A DNA stretch of 64,000 nt from Candidatus Micrarchaeota archaeon (GTDB lineage: Archaea; Iainarchaeota; Iainarchaeia; Iainarchaeales; JAGVWC01). The stretch covers positions 7,979 to 71,978 of the forward strand of contig JAZDJR010000029.1 of NCBI GenBank assembly GCA_043803815.1, in the 5' to 3' direction. Under the pieces are notes generated by a model that worked only from the letters and a program-made list of their open reading frames with translations, did not search any database and was not told the origin of the DNA. This document shows, piece after piece, positions 8,643 through 18,653 of the stretch. Positions within the stretch are counted from its first letter, which is position 1. The number at the start of each line of letters is the position of its first letter. Both the position numbers and the translations under genes were made by a program.

Positions 8643-9830
8643 TCAGTTTTCTTTTTCGCCGAGCAATAGTTTTCTTCCCCATTCGGGTAATGATTGGTTT
8701 GAGTCGTGTTCATTCAGGAGTCTCTGACCGAGTGGTGTTAGTTTGGCTACTGTGGTGTCGCGTGCGCCGCCGTGGCGTTTTGTCATTCCGCTGATTCTTT
8801 CTGTATGGATTTGCAGCAGGCCCTTTTCTTGCAGTTCCTTAAATGCGGGGTCAAGTGTTTTATGGTCATAGTGGGATTCGGGGTTTCCTGAATGATAACT
8901 TTTTCCACCCTTTTTAACAGTGAATTGTTTGTATAGTTGAGCGGCATGTTTTTCGCCGGTTCTTAAATTTGTCAGAATATACCATGCCGCGTTTGGGTAG
9001 TCCATGCGGGGATTTTTGTGTGCGGCGTGAGTCCAAACGCTGATAGCTCCGCCTTTTGGCCCGATAGATAGAGGCATTTTTTTTACTAAACCTGCAGTTT
9101 CCAATAATTGCAATGTCACATTAATGACGTTTTTGTGTTTTACATCTTCCCAGTTTAACCCAAGTTTTTTTACTAACTGCAAGCTGGTCATGGAAAATGG
9201 CACAAAGTGGTCTGTTTCCGGTTCCCAAACGGCGGATTCGAATAGCGTTCTTTCTAATTCGGGTAACAATAACTGCTTGTTGGGTAAGCGGAATTTGATT
9301 GCTTTGTAGACATCGGTTGGGTGACCAATAAGGGACATGATTCTTTTGGAATAATGATTTTGGAGCAGTATCCTGCTGTATTGCCGCAGTTTTTCAGAAC
9401 TCAATCCAGCTTCGAGAAGAATGGGGGCGAGTACATGGAATACGTGGGGGTCCCGTCCGCCTAATGCCTTTCTCAGGGTAATGCTAGTTTGTAGAACCTC
9501 TGCCTTAGCTTCCAAGCGTTGCAATTTTTTAGGCGAAGCGCGGGCACCTGAACTCATTTCAGCCAAGACTTTTTCTAATGCCCGTTCTTCCAATGGCGTT
9601 TCCGGAACGCTGCCGACTTGGTGCAATCTAATTCGGGGTCCAAAACGAGTTCGTCTCGTAACAATTTTTGCCAAGCGCTCTTCAGGACCCGCTAACCGGA
9701 CAAAATCAGGTCTTACTGAACCCTTGCCTTTCCGCCAGTCTCTTACTTGCCAGTGTTCAGCCTGTGATAAGGGGCGGGTTGGAACCCATTTTCGTTTGAC
9801 TTTGCCCACAATCGGTCTTGTCGAAACCAT
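8643..9830 (-). CDS. Basic hypothetical protein with probable winged-helix domains
   Basis: 395-aa ORF; LQLLETAGLVKK and FKELQEKGLL...AKLTPLGQ wHTH-like motifs. Confidence 0.6.
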   Translation of the reverse strand: MVSTRPIVGKVKRKWVPTRPLSQAEHWQVRDWRKGKGSVRPDFVRLAGPEERLAKIVTRRTRFGPRIRLHQVGSVPETPLEERALEKVLAEMSSGARASPKKLQRLEAKAEVLQTSITLRKALGGRDPHVFHVLAPILLEAGLSSEKLRQYSRILLQNHYSKRIMSLIGHPTDVYKAIKFRLPNKQLLLPELERTLFESAVWEPETDHFVPFSMTSLQLVKKLGLNWEDVKHKNVINVTLQLLETAGLVKKMPLSIGPKGGAISVWTHAAHKNPRMDYPNAAWYILTNLRTGEKHAAQLYKQFTVKKGGKSYHSGNPESHYDHKTLDPAFKELQEKGLLQIHTERISGMTKRHGGARDTTVAKLTPLGQRLLNEHDSNQSLPEWGRKLLLGEKEN

Positions 9831-9987
9831 ACAAATAGAAGTAGCGCCTTTCCGGTTATTTTACCCTTTGCTTTTCCAAATTCCACCAAAAAAATAGAGT
9901 AATCCATGAGCCAAACTATCCGTCTCGTCGGCCTGCGGCGGCTGCTTTTGGTATAACTTGTCAGCAATTGGGCTTCAAAAATTCGGC

Positions 9988-11715
9988 TTACATTTCTTCC
10001 AAAACGGCAATATCCAATAGTTCCAGTCCGTTGCAAAGCGCGATTCCGACGCTTTCCACCAAAGCCAGACGGCTCGCCGATAAGGCGGGATTTTTCTCGT
10101 CCAACACGGCCAATTCGTGATAAAACGAATTAAACGCTCCGGACAACTCAAGCAAAAACTGGCACAAAGAATGCGGGGACAGGCTTTTTCCGACCTGCTG
10201 AACGACCAAAGGAAAACGGCCCACCAAGGAAACCAATCTCTTTTCCGTTTCGGTTGAAAGCAATCCAAAATCGGGCTTGGCTTTTAATTTTCCCGCTTTT
10301 CTCAAAATGCTTTTGGAACGCGCGTACGCGTACAAAATGTACGGCCCGGTTTCGCCTTCAAAAGAAATGCTTTCTTCAGGATTAAACGTGAACTCTTTTT
10401 TGGCGTCCACTTTCAGCATAAAAAACTTGATGGCCGCCAAGGCAATCGAATTTGCGCGCTTTTCCACTTCCGCTTCGGATAATTTGTCGTACCGCTTTTC
10501 GATTTCTTTTTTTGCCACGGCTTTTACTTCGCTTAGCAAATCGTCCGCATCCACAACGGTTCCTTCGCGGCTCTTCATGCGGCCCGAAGGCAACTGCACC
10601 AATCCATAGCTCACGTGGCGGCATTTTCCGGACCAAGGTGCTTGCAGCAATTCGAAAATCTTGAACAATTGCCGGAAATAAAGGTCTTGTTCGGACGCGA
10701 CCACCCACAACGCTTCGTCGAAATGAAAATCCCTGTACTTTTGCTTGGTCAAGGCCAAATCCTGCGTCACATAAATGCTCGTTCCGTCCTGGCGGATTAC
10801 GGTTTTGTTCGGCAAGCCGTATTCTTCAAGCAGGGCAAATACCGAACCGTCGTCGCGTTTTTCAAAAACCCCTTTTTTCAGGCCCAGTTCGACCAAAGCA
10901 TCGGCCTTGTCGTAAATTTCGGATTCCAGATACCACTTTTCAAATTCGATTCCGTACGCTTCGTACGTTTGCTTCATTCCTTCAATCGCCCAGGCGTTCA
11001 TTTTTTTCCAGAGTTCGCGGACTTTTTTGTCGCCTTTTTCCCACTGCAAAAGCATTTCCTGCACTTCTTTTTCCAATTCCGGATTCGTCTTGGCCTCGTT
11101 CGCAAACTGAACATATAAATCCCCCAAAAAATGGTCGGATTTTTGGCCAAGCGCTTTTGGGGTTTTGTTTTCTCCCCATTTTTGGTAAGCCAGCATGGTT
11201 TTGCAGATATGCACGCCGCGGTCGTTCAACAAATTCGCGGGAATTACTTTGGAGCCGTTGGCCCGTAAAACCGCGGTCAAGCTCATGCCCAGACTGTTGT
11301 TGCGCACATGGCCGATGTGCAAGGGCTTGTTCGTGTTCGGAGCCGAAAACTCGATTAGGATTTTTTTGTTTTTCTGCGAATCGTTTTTCCCGAACGATTT
11401 TTTTTGCTTTAACACTTCGGCCAGCACGGATTCCGCCAGGTTTTTTTTTGCGATAAAAAAATTCAAATATCCGCCGGCGGCCTCGATTTTTTCAAACTCC
11501 AACAACTTTTTTTTATTCAAGGCTGTTACCAAGTCGCCTGCAATTTGGTTCGGGTTCTTTTTCAAGGTTTTGGCGAGGCGAAAACACGGCAAGGACCAGT
11601 CCCCCATTTCGGGTTTTGGGGGCCGCTCCAAAAACAAAGACAATTCGTTCAAGGATACTCCCTGCGTTTTGAGTTCAGAAAAAAGAATTTCCGCGGCTTT
11701 TTGCTTGAAATCCAT
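9988..11715 (-). CDS. argS: Arginine--tRNA ligase
   Basis: EFSAPNTNKPLHIGH (HIGH), RMKSREG, FEGETGPYILYAYAR. Confidence 0.97.
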   Translation of the reverse strand: MDFKQKAAEILFSELKTQGVSLNELSLFLERPPKPEMGDWSLPCFRLAKTLKKNPNQIAGDLVTALNKKKLLEFEKIEAAGGYLNFFIAKKNLAESVLAEVLKQKKSFGKNDSQKNKKILIEFSAPNTNKPLHIGHVRNNSLGMSLTAVLRANGSKVIPANLLNDRGVHICKTMLAYQKWGENKTPKALGQKSDHFLGDLYVQFANEAKTNPELEKEVQEMLLQWEKGDKKVRELWKKMNAWAIEGMKQTYEAYGIEFEKWYLESEIYDKADALVELGLKKGVFEKRDDGSVFALLEEYGLPNKTVIRQDGTSIYVTQDLALTKQKYRDFHFDEALWVVASEQDLYFRQLFKIFELLQAPWSGKCRHVSYGLVQLPSGRMKSREGTVVDADDLLSEVKAVAKKEIEKRYDKLSEAEVEKRANSIALAAIKFFMLKVDAKKEFTFNPEESISFEGETGPYILYAYARSKSILRKAGKLKAKPDFGLLSTETEKRLVSLVGRFPLVVQQVGKSLSPHSLCQFLLELSGAFNSFYHELAVLDEKNPALSASRLALVESVGIALCNGLELLDIAVLEEM

Positions 11716-11776
11716 GCTTTATTTACGATATAACTGCTTAAAAAATCTGTTTTGTTCCAATTGATTATGCAACCAA

Positions 11777-11905
11777 GGACCTGTAGCCTAGCCTGGATAG
11801 GGCACCTGCCTTCTAAGGCTTTTTCTTCAAAAGAAAAACCCTGGAAAAAGAACAGGGAACGTCAAGGCGAGCAGGGGGTCGTGGGTTCAAATCCCACCAG
11901 GTCCG
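11777..11905 (+). tRNA. tRNA-Arg(TCT) with a 54-nt intron at 37/38 (11816-11869)
   Basis: Acceptor GGACCTG/CAGGTCC, anticodon stem CCTGC/GCAGG, T arm GTGGG-TTCAAAT-CCCAC; relaxed BHB. Confidence 0.92.
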
Positions 11906-11962
11906 CTTTATTTTTCCACTAGTGCTGGTGAGCTGGCTGATTAAATTAGGAAAGCTTTGAAA

Positions 11963-12011
11963 AAATAAAAAAAGGGGAAACCGTTTTTTGGTTTCCCCCC
12001 TCCTTTTTTTT
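11963..12011. terminator. Probable bidirectional hairpin/oligo-T terminator
   Basis: GGGGAAACC/GGTTTCCCC stem flanked by A-run and T-run, between convergent tRNA-Arg and the ORF ending at 12025. Confidence 0.55.
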
Positions 12012-12024
12012 GTTGGAGTTTTTT

Positions 12025-13191
12025 TTAGGAGGATTGGTTTTCTATATACAGCGAATCTATGAGAGTCAAGGGCTGCGAAGCCGAAGAGGAGGTTTCGAGC
12101 TCCGCTTGGGTTACCGTTCCCTCGACCGTGCTGGTTGGAGTGAACCAGTTTAGGATGGGTGTCTTGTTGGGAACCTGGTATTTCACGGTGTAACCCACGC
12201 TTCCGTCCGCGTTCACCTTGGGATTGATTTCAAGTTCGTTTCCAAGATTGGACTTGGTGGCCCAGTCGATTCCCTGGTTTTTTACCATCTTATTGAAAAC
12301 CGCGTCCCGGATTTTTTCCACGGGAACGAATGATTTTTCCTGGGTACTCGTGTTTTTGACCATGGGCAATCCATTTTCAACCCCGATTTCGGTGTTGGTT
12401 GTGAATGGCTGGACCATGATTCTGGCCTGGTTCGTGACCACGGTGTCCGCTGAAACCGATTGGATGGCAATATTGCTTCCGCCGGTTACGGTTGGAGGGA
12501 TTACTCCTGGGTTGCTCGGGGTTGTTGAAATACCTTGGCTTGAGGTCGTTGGAATTGGCATTGGAAGCGCTTGGGGCGTTAATGCCAAGAGTTTTTCAAG
12601 GCGGCTAACCCGGTTTTCCAGAAAATTGGTTCGCTGTTCCAAATAATCTAGGCGCTCCACGAGTTTCGTGACGAGCTGCCTTAACCCCTCGCTATCGAGG
12701 TTCATGTTGCTGGGAATTTTTCGGAGAACCGCGGCTGTAGAGGTCGTGGATTGGACCTGTTCGGTTGTTGCGGAATTTCCGGCCTGGCATTCGTTGTATA
12801 CTTTGATGGATGCCAGGTGATTGCCTCCGCATTCCTTGCTTCCGGTTGGGTTTTGCGCGCAGAAATTGCTGCAGGCTTCTTCGCCGTACTGTTTCCACAA
12901 TTTCGTGGGCTTGCACGAGGATTCACTGCCGTCTTTTATAGCATCGCCGCTAGCGCAAATGTAATAGGCATAGCGGAAATTGCCGGGCAGGATTTGTTCG
13001 GTACCGGCGCCGTCGGTTTGCCCGCTTCCCGTTGCAATGGGGACGGCTATTCCGCCTCCCCCGCCTTGGGCGGTTTCGGGTGCATTATTGCCGGCCGCGC
13101 TGTTTGCGTTAGGACTGTCGGCAAAGGCAGCGATTCCAAGAGCTACCAGGCAAACAAGGATTGCCAGTGCTCCAAAAAGGTTTTTTTTCAT
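12025..13191 (-). CDS. Secreted protein with Cys domain and coiled coil
   Basis: Signal peptide MKKNLFGALAILVCLVALGIAAFA, heptad region LVERLDYLEQR; GGAGGTGA RBS. Confidence 0.8.
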   Translation of the reverse strand: MKKNLFGALAILVCLVALGIAAFADSPNANSAAGNNAPETAQGGGGGIAVPIATGSGQTDGAGTEQILPGNFRYAYYICASGDAIKDGSESSCKPTKLWKQYGEEACSNFCAQNPTGSKECGGNHLASIKVYNECQAGNSATTEQVQSTTSTAAVLRKIPSNMNLDSEGLRQLVTKLVERLDYLEQRTNFLENRVSRLEKLLALTPQALPMPIPTTSSQGISTTPSNPGVIPPTVTGGSNIAIQSVSADTVVTNQARIMVQPFTTNTEIGVENGLPMVKNTSTQEKSFVPVEKIRDAVFNKMVKNQGIDWATKSNLGNELEINPKVNADGSVGYTVKYQVPNKTPILNWFTPTSTVEGTVTQAELETSSSASQPLTLIDSLYIENQSS

Positions 13192-13297
13192 AGGCGGTTC
13201 ACCTCCAAGTGAACAAAAGAATTTGTTAGGGATTGCGTTGGAACGCTTTAAAAGGATTGGCTGGAACCAAATGAAACCAAACGAAAAAGAAGCCGAT

Positions 13298-14170
13298 TCA
13301 CTTGTTCTTGAACCATTCCGTCAAAAAAACCTTGTTGGAATAGCCGTCCTGCACCAGGCGGAGCAATTGCTTTTGCTCCAGGTTTTTTAGGGTGCGCGAC
13401 AAGGTGGCCTTGCTGTAACCTGTTTTCTGGTTCAATTGCTTTTGGGTCAAGCCGTCGGTTTCCAGCACAAGTTCCATTATTTTTTTTTCCTTTTCGCACA
13501 AGGTGCGGCAAATTTCGGTCTTGGCGTCCGAAACCGGTGTTGCTGAAGCCTGAACTTGGACGGTTTTTGGCGGAATTTTTTTCGCGCGCATCCAAAAAAA
13601 GCCCGCTGCCAAAACAAGTACAATGGCTACAGCTAAAAGCCAGGAAAAGTCAATCGCGGGTTTTTGAGGCAAAAGTTCGTATTCCAAAAGGACATGGCGG
13701 CTGGATAATGCGAATTGGTCCCATTCCGCCAAAAGGCCCTGGTTTTGGAGAGAAACATTGGCCAACGGTTCAAAACGCGTTATTTTGGATTCTCGCGGCA
13801 ATGCGACTTCGATTCTGGAAACAGTCGGAGAAATATTGGATAGGTCCAGTGTCCATTTTTCGCGGTTTTTTCCGGTCAAAGAAGGGGATAAATATCGAAG
13901 AAGAATTTCGGACGCGTTGTTTGGGTTTGCAATCGAAACCTCCTCGCCGTTTGTTTCAAACAAAATCGCCTGGCCGTCGGCCAGAATCGAAATTTCCGCG
14001 GCCTTGGAATCCAAAAGCGTTACGCGGATTTCTTCACCGCTTTGCGGCAGAATTTGGTGTTCCACCTGCGCAAAACCTGCGGAACTAATTTGGATATGAA
14101 TTTCCTGTGAAAAAGCCAAGGCGTTTGCCGCCAAAAAAAGAACCCCAAACGCAAAAAAGGCTTTTTTCAT
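13298..14170 (-). CDS. Membrane-anchored winged-helix transcriptional regulator (extracellular domain, TM, C-terminal HTH)
   Basis: Signal peptide at MKKAFF, TM helix, GLTQKQL..TGYSKATLSRTLKNLEQKQLL. Confidence 0.8.
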   Translation of the reverse strand: MKKAFFAFGVLFLAANALAFSQEIHIQISSAGFAQVEHQILPQSGEEIRVTLLDSKAAEISILADGQAILFETNGEEVSIANPNNASEILLRYLSPSLTGKNREKWTLDLSNISPTVSRIEVALPRESKITRFEPLANVSLQNQGLLAEWDQFALSSRHVLLEYELLPQKPAIDFSWLLAVAIVLVLAAGFFWMRAKKIPPKTVQVQASATPVSDAKTEICRTLCEKEKKIMELVLETDGLTQKQLNQKTGYSKATLSRTLKNLEQKQLLRLVQDGYSNKVFLTEWFKNK

Positions 14171-14338
14171 GGTAGCAAAGTGGTTGCTTTTTCTTAAAAG
14201 CGTTGGCATTTGCAAAGGCTCTCGCTTGGCTGCCCAAGGCCAAAGAAAATATTTTTTCTTCGTGTTGCGGATTTCGGAAAAATCGCCTTTGGCCAATCGC
14301 CTGGGTTTCGGGGTTCAAGAGTTGGACATTTAATTTTT

Positions 14339-15052
14339 TCAGCGGTTTCTCGGAGCCATGCGATTGATTCTTCGGGTTTTTTTTGGGGCGACACGGATTT
14401 GAGAATTGGCAAATGCCCGGAGCCGTTTCCACGCATTCAACACGGCCAAAGACGGAACTTTTTTGTAGACATCGGGAAAAGAAACCAGCGGCATTTTTCG
14501 AAACGCATGCAAAGCGGGCCGAAACCGTGGCGAAAGGCGATTTTTTCCAATGGTTTTTTTTTCAAGCGATTTTAAGAATTCTTCCTGCTTAAGCGACTCC
14601 GGAAACGGCAAAGCCGCGCTTTTTTGGTGCTGATTTCCGCTTTGCATTCTTCGAATCGCGTCCTCCAAAAAAAATCCTTTTTCCCGAATCAAATAGCCCG
14701 CAAGCATGGCTCCGACTCTGCCGTTCCCGTTGGTGCAATGCACCAAAACCCGCTGATTTTTTTGTTCCAATCGATTTAAAATCCCGCAAAAAAGCTCGAA
14801 TTCTTTTTTAGTCGGAACCCCGTGGTCGGCCACGGGAATTTGAAACCAGGCAAGCCCGTTTTTTTTCATTTCATTGCGGAACCCGCGGGCGCCAATGTCG
14901 ACGTTTTCCAATTCGTCGTCGGTCAAAAGCGTAATCACCGTTGAAATTTTGCGTTTTTTGATTTCGCGGATTTGTTCCGGAAAAAAAGGAATCGCGGAAG
15001 CGGCCACCAGGTTTCCCAGTTCGGGAATGAGCCTAAAATTGTTCAGTTCCAT
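14339..15052 (-). CDS. Dual-specificity/protein tyrosine phosphatase family protein
   Basis: IPVADHGVP and VHCTNGNGR (CX5R) motifs. Confidence 0.88.
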   Translation of the reverse strand: MELNNFRLIPELGNLVAASAIPFFPEQIREIKKRKISTVITLLTDDELENVDIGARGFRNEMKKNGLAWFQIPVADHGVPTKKEFELFCGILNRLEQKNQRVLVHCTNGNGRVGAMLAGYLIREKGFFLEDAIRRMQSGNQHQKSAALPFPESLKQEEFLKSLEKKTIGKNRLSPRFRPALHAFRKMPLVSFPDVYKKVPSLAVLNAWKRLRAFANSQIRVAPKKTRRINRMAPRNR

Positions 15053-15152
15053 ACTCTACTTTTAGGCCAAAAGGTAAAAAAATGGTTGGCTGGCCCGGCG
15101 GGTTTGGTTTTCGAACTCCGAATTCTTAAAAGCCGCCGAACCGTTTTGATGA

Positions 15153-15386
15153 TTGATGACTATGCAAGAACCCCTGTTAAAAGACTCGTTAAAAGAAATG
15201 GTGAACCGCCAAAACGACGTTAACCACTCGATGCGGCGCGTCGCGTTCCAGCTCGACCAGTTCCACATTCTGATGGAACACGCGCACAAGCACCTCGCGG
15301 TTCGCGGAGAAGGCGCGGAAATCCGAATCAAAGGAAGAACCTTCAAACGCCAGCAAAACAGCGTTCACCGCGTCAAAAACAACTGA
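15153..15386 (+). CDS. Small hypothetical protein
   Basis: Fills the gap between genes, host-like codon usage; exact start uncertain. Confidence 0.55.
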   Translation: MMTMQEPLLKDSLKEMVNRQNDVNHSMRRVAFQLDQFHILMEHAHKHLAVRGEGAEIRIKGRTFKRQQNSVHRVKNN

Positions 15387-15397
15387 TTTTCCTTATT

Positions 15398-16051
15398 TTA
15401 TTTTCTTTTCCGCAATTTCGTAACACTTTTGGCGACTAATCTGGCCTTTCTTTTCAAAAAATTCGGATTGAAAAGCTCGAGCGGAATCCGGCTTTGGCCA
15501 AGCTTTCTTTTCCGACCCGCCAACTGCATTCCAATCGTGCGAACCAGCCCGGCTTTTTTAAAAGCGTCGATGACTTTTTGCTCGTTGTTTTTGAATTCCT
15601 GATGCCGCGACTGAACGGCTTCTTTTGTTTCCGGCCTTCCCTCGCGCTGTTTTTGCCTTCTATCCGCAACCCAAATCGGAATTTTAAATTCCAATAATCC
15701 GCCAACCCGAAAGCCCCGTGCATCGACAAATTGCCGAAATTTTTCCAAGTCCTCCTTTTTTCTTGGAAAACCGTCGATAATAAAGCCGTTTTGGAAACGC
15801 TGCGGATTTTCGGCAATGGCTTTTTCCATGAACTGAAAACTATACTCGGCGGGAAAATAAACTCCCTTGGCCATCCAGTTGGAAACCACGTTTTCGGCAA
15901 CCGGGTCTTTTTTTTTGGCTTGTTCGCGGATGTATTGCCCAAGTTCAATGACCGGCAAACCCGTCAATTTGCTGACCAAAGGACCGGTTTCGGTTTTGCC
16001 GGCTCCGCCGCGACCTAAAAAAACAAAAACAGGCGGCTTTTTAGGATTCAT
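15398..16051 (-). CDS. Adenylate/nucleoside monophosphate kinase family protein
   Basis: P-loop GRGGAGKT, GFIIDGFPR motif. Confidence 0.85.
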   Translation of the reverse strand: MNPKKPPVFVFLGRGGAGKTETGPLVSKLTGLPVIELGQYIREQAKKKDPVAENVVSNWMAKGVYFPAEYSFQFMEKAIAENPQRFQNGFIIDGFPRKKEDLEKFRQFVDARGFRVGGLLEFKIPIWVADRRQKQREGRPETKEAVQSRHQEFKNNEQKVIDAFKKAGLVRTIGMQLAGRKRKLGQSRIPLELFNPNFLKRKARLVAKSVTKLRKRK

Positions 16052-16135
16052 ACTCAAATCTTGTTTCAACAAAACTTAAAACAATAGGCCGTTTGCTTTG
16101 CATCGGCCAAAAACCGCAAATGCGGCCTATTTTCG

Positions 16136-16696
16136 TTAAATCCTTTTGAACGTTGTTTTGGGCAATGTTTTTTTGAGGCTGGTTTGAAACTTTTTGAGCA
16201 CTGCGGAAGAGCCCTGCACAATCATCATGTTTGAAAACGGGTCCATAATGTCAATCAGCAATCGCTTGGACGAAAACTGGATATTGCAGAAAAAAACGTC
16301 AAACAGCAGGTTATAATCCTCCAAAACCGCGGAAACGTTTTTGGAATTAACCGTTCCATGAGCCGAGGTCTTTTGCTTTTTGTCATACGCCGAAGAATAC
16401 GATTTTAATCCGTGGCTCTTGCAAAACTGCCGAAAAATCGAATCCAAGACTTTTGGCGCAACGCTCAAATTGGAATACACCAGATTCAGCGGCTCTAACC
16501 GCTCCAGCACAACAGCCATGCGAAACTCGCCGGTCTTTTCCAGAACCGGTTTAAAATCCTGCAGCAAAAAATCGTACAACTGCGGCGTCGCATCCTTGGA
16601 AACCCCGAAATTAACCGCCAAAAAAGATTTTTCGGATTTTGGCGCAGCTTTTGGTTTTAAGCGTTTTATTCGGCGTTTTGTCCCCTTGTTTTTCAT
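16136..16696 (-). CDS. Hypothetical protein
   Basis: 186-aa ORF with ATG start, no recognisable motif. Confidence 0.65.
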   Translation of the reverse strand: MKNKGTKRRIKRLKPKAAPKSEKSFLAVNFGVSKDATPQLYDFLLQDFKPVLEKTGEFRMAVVLERLEPLNLVYSNLSVAPKVLDSIFRQFCKSHGLKSYSSAYDKKQKTSAHGTVNSKNVSAVLEDYNLLFDVFFCNIQFSSKRLLIDIMDPFSNMMIVQGSSAVLKKFQTSLKKTLPKTTFKRI

Positions 16697-16729
16697 ACGA
16701 AAGTATTTATTTTACGACTTAATATTAGT

Positions 16730-17494
16730 TTGGGTAAAACTTTGGCAAACGAAAAACCGGCAAATGAAAAGCCGGCAAAAGATTCCACGCACTTATTCTT
16801 GGCCGCGGTACTGGGCCTTGCCGGACTCGGGCTGATAGTCTCTTTTTTACTCTGGCAAAACGATTATGGCTGGGGACTTTTTCCCGGACTCGCCTTAGTT
16901 ATCGGCGCCGCCGTTCTTTGGTTCCAAACCCAAAAACCCGCACTTGACGGATTATTATCCGAACGCCGAAAACTATTATCCCAAATCGAAGAAGCCGAAA
17001 AACGCTTTTTGAACCGCCAATTAACCGACGACTCGTTCCAAAAATTCAAGGCCCAAAAACAAAAAGAACTCGTTGAAACCGAATCCAAAATCGCGGTTTT
17101 GACCAAACCCCAAGCCGAACCGTCTTCCGCTGACACCGCGGACGTCGCAAGCCGCGACAAGCACAAACTCAAGGAACTATTGGAAAAAAAACAGTTAATC
17201 AACCAGACTTTTGCGATTGCCGAGCAAAAATACTTAAAACGCGAACTATCCGAAGCGGAATTTTCAGAACTGCAGGAAAAAACCAACACCGACCTGCTCG
17301 AAACCGATTCCGAAATCAAGGCACTGACCCAAAACCCGCAAATCAAGCACGTGCAAGCCGAGCTTGAACGCGAATTAAAGCGCGCCAAATTCGAAAAACA
17401 CGCCAAGCGAAAACGCCGCGTATGGGCCGAAGGCGAAGTTCAGGACACGGACGAAATCGCCGAAGAACTATTCGACCAAAAAGCGGAAGATTAA
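16730..17494 (+). CDS. Two-TM membrane protein with duplicated coiled-coil (SHOCT-like) repeats
   Basis: Two TM helices; internal repeat AEKRFLNRQLTDDSF / AEQKYLKRELSEAEF. Confidence 0.75.
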   Translation: MGKTLANEKPANEKPAKDSTHLFLAAVLGLAGLGLIVSFLLWQNDYGWGLFPGLALVIGAAVLWFQTQKPALDGLLSERRKLLSQIEEAEKRFLNRQLTDDSFQKFKAQKQKELVETESKIAVLTKPQAEPSSADTADVASRDKHKLKELLEKKQLINQTFAIAEQKYLKRELSEAEFSELQEKTNTDLLETDSEIKALTQNPQIKHVQAELERELKRAKFEKHAKRKRRVWAEGEVQDTDEIAEELFDQKAED

Positions 17495-17631
17495 GCCGCT
17501 TGCGATCGCAACAAAAACCGCTGTTTTTGTGCGCATAAAATTCGCGGATTTTATTGCGGCTGCCCCGCGGACTTTGGGATTTCGCTTTTTCGAACCATTC
17601 GTCTCGTCGGCCTGCGGCGCTGATTCTCGAT

Positions 17632-18129
17632 TTACTTTTGCAGCGCGGTTGCGGTGAACGTCTTGATTTGTTCGAGTTGCGGAGCCGTAATATTGAGCAG
17701 GTAGGGCAGGACCAGGGTGTCTACGATGGTGACGTTGCGGGTTTGGAGCACGCTTTCCATTTTTTTGGCAACCGTTCCGGCAACGCCGAACGCGGGCAAA
17801 AACAAGGCGGCTTTTTTTCCTTCGATTCCTTTGCATTCGCGCAGATACGTCAGCATTTCGTCCGGGATTTTGCGCTTTGGCGACATTCCTTCAATCGTCG
17901 AGCCGAAAAAAACAAAGTCGAATCCCGACAAGTCGGTTTTGGTGGAAACCAGGGAAATTTTTTCCTGCGGATTCAAGTCCAAAAAACCTTTTTTTTGCTT
18001 TTCTTTGAGCGCTTTAATCGAAATAAGCTCTTTTTCGCTTGGCAAAGACGGAATCGCGGAAAAAAGCGTATTGGCCGCCAAAACCGTGTTTTTTTTGCTT
18101 CGGGAAAAAAAGACTACTGCAATTTGCAT
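17632..18129 (-). CDS. Flavodoxin-like protein
   Basis: VVFFSRSKKNT, FDFVFFGS, GKKAALF motifs. Confidence 0.7.
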   Translation of the reverse strand: MQIAVVFFSRSKKNTVLAANTLFSAIPSLPSEKELISIKALKEKQKKGFLDLNPQEKISLVSTKTDLSGFDFVFFGSTIEGMSPKRKIPDEMLTYLRECKGIEGKKAALFLPAFGVAGTVAKKMESVLQTRNVTIVDTLVLPYLLNITAPQLEQIKTFTATALQK

Positions 18130-18263
18130 AATATTATCGAATATTTCAAGGGGGTTGAATGGCTAAAAATGTTTCGATTACCGGTTAACGCTAAAAAGCC
18201 GTGTTTAAAAATTACAATACAAAAAATACCGTAAACTTGAAAAAAAATCAAAAATAGGGCGGT

Positions 18264-18653
18264 TTAGCGGCTGAAAGTTACAAAACCGTCTTTTTGAAAC
18301 GATTCTTTGGGCAAGCCGCGGACGGTTAAGCCGACGAGCATGCCTTTTTTGGCAATGCGGTTGCCCAGTTTGGATTCGAGTTCCACGATTTGAATCGAAC
18401 GACCGTTAATCGAGCCTTTCATATCGCTGGAAACCACGCCTGAAACGATTTCGGCAACCAAATAAACATCGGACAAGCCCAAAAACTGGCAGGATTTTTT
18501 GATTTTAACCCTGTTTTCTTCGTTCGGAATCTCCTGAATTAGGTCCTGCGGAGCCACAATTGGAACTTCAGATTCAGCCATAAAACTGCTTTTTTGACTG
18601 GTATGGCCTCCAAAAGTCAATGTTATCAAACTCATTTCTTCACCATTTTTCAT
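18264..18653 (-). CDS. EF-Tu domain II-like beta-barrel protein
   Basis: AEIVSGVV...IAKKGMLVGLTVRG pattern. Confidence 0.55.
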   Translation of the reverse strand: MKNGEEMSLITLTFGGHTSQKSSFMAESEVPIVAPQDLIQEIPNEENRVKIKKSCQFLGLSDVYLVAEIVSGVVSSDMKGSINGRSIQIVELESKLGNRIAKKGMLVGLTVRGLPKESFQKDGFVTFSR

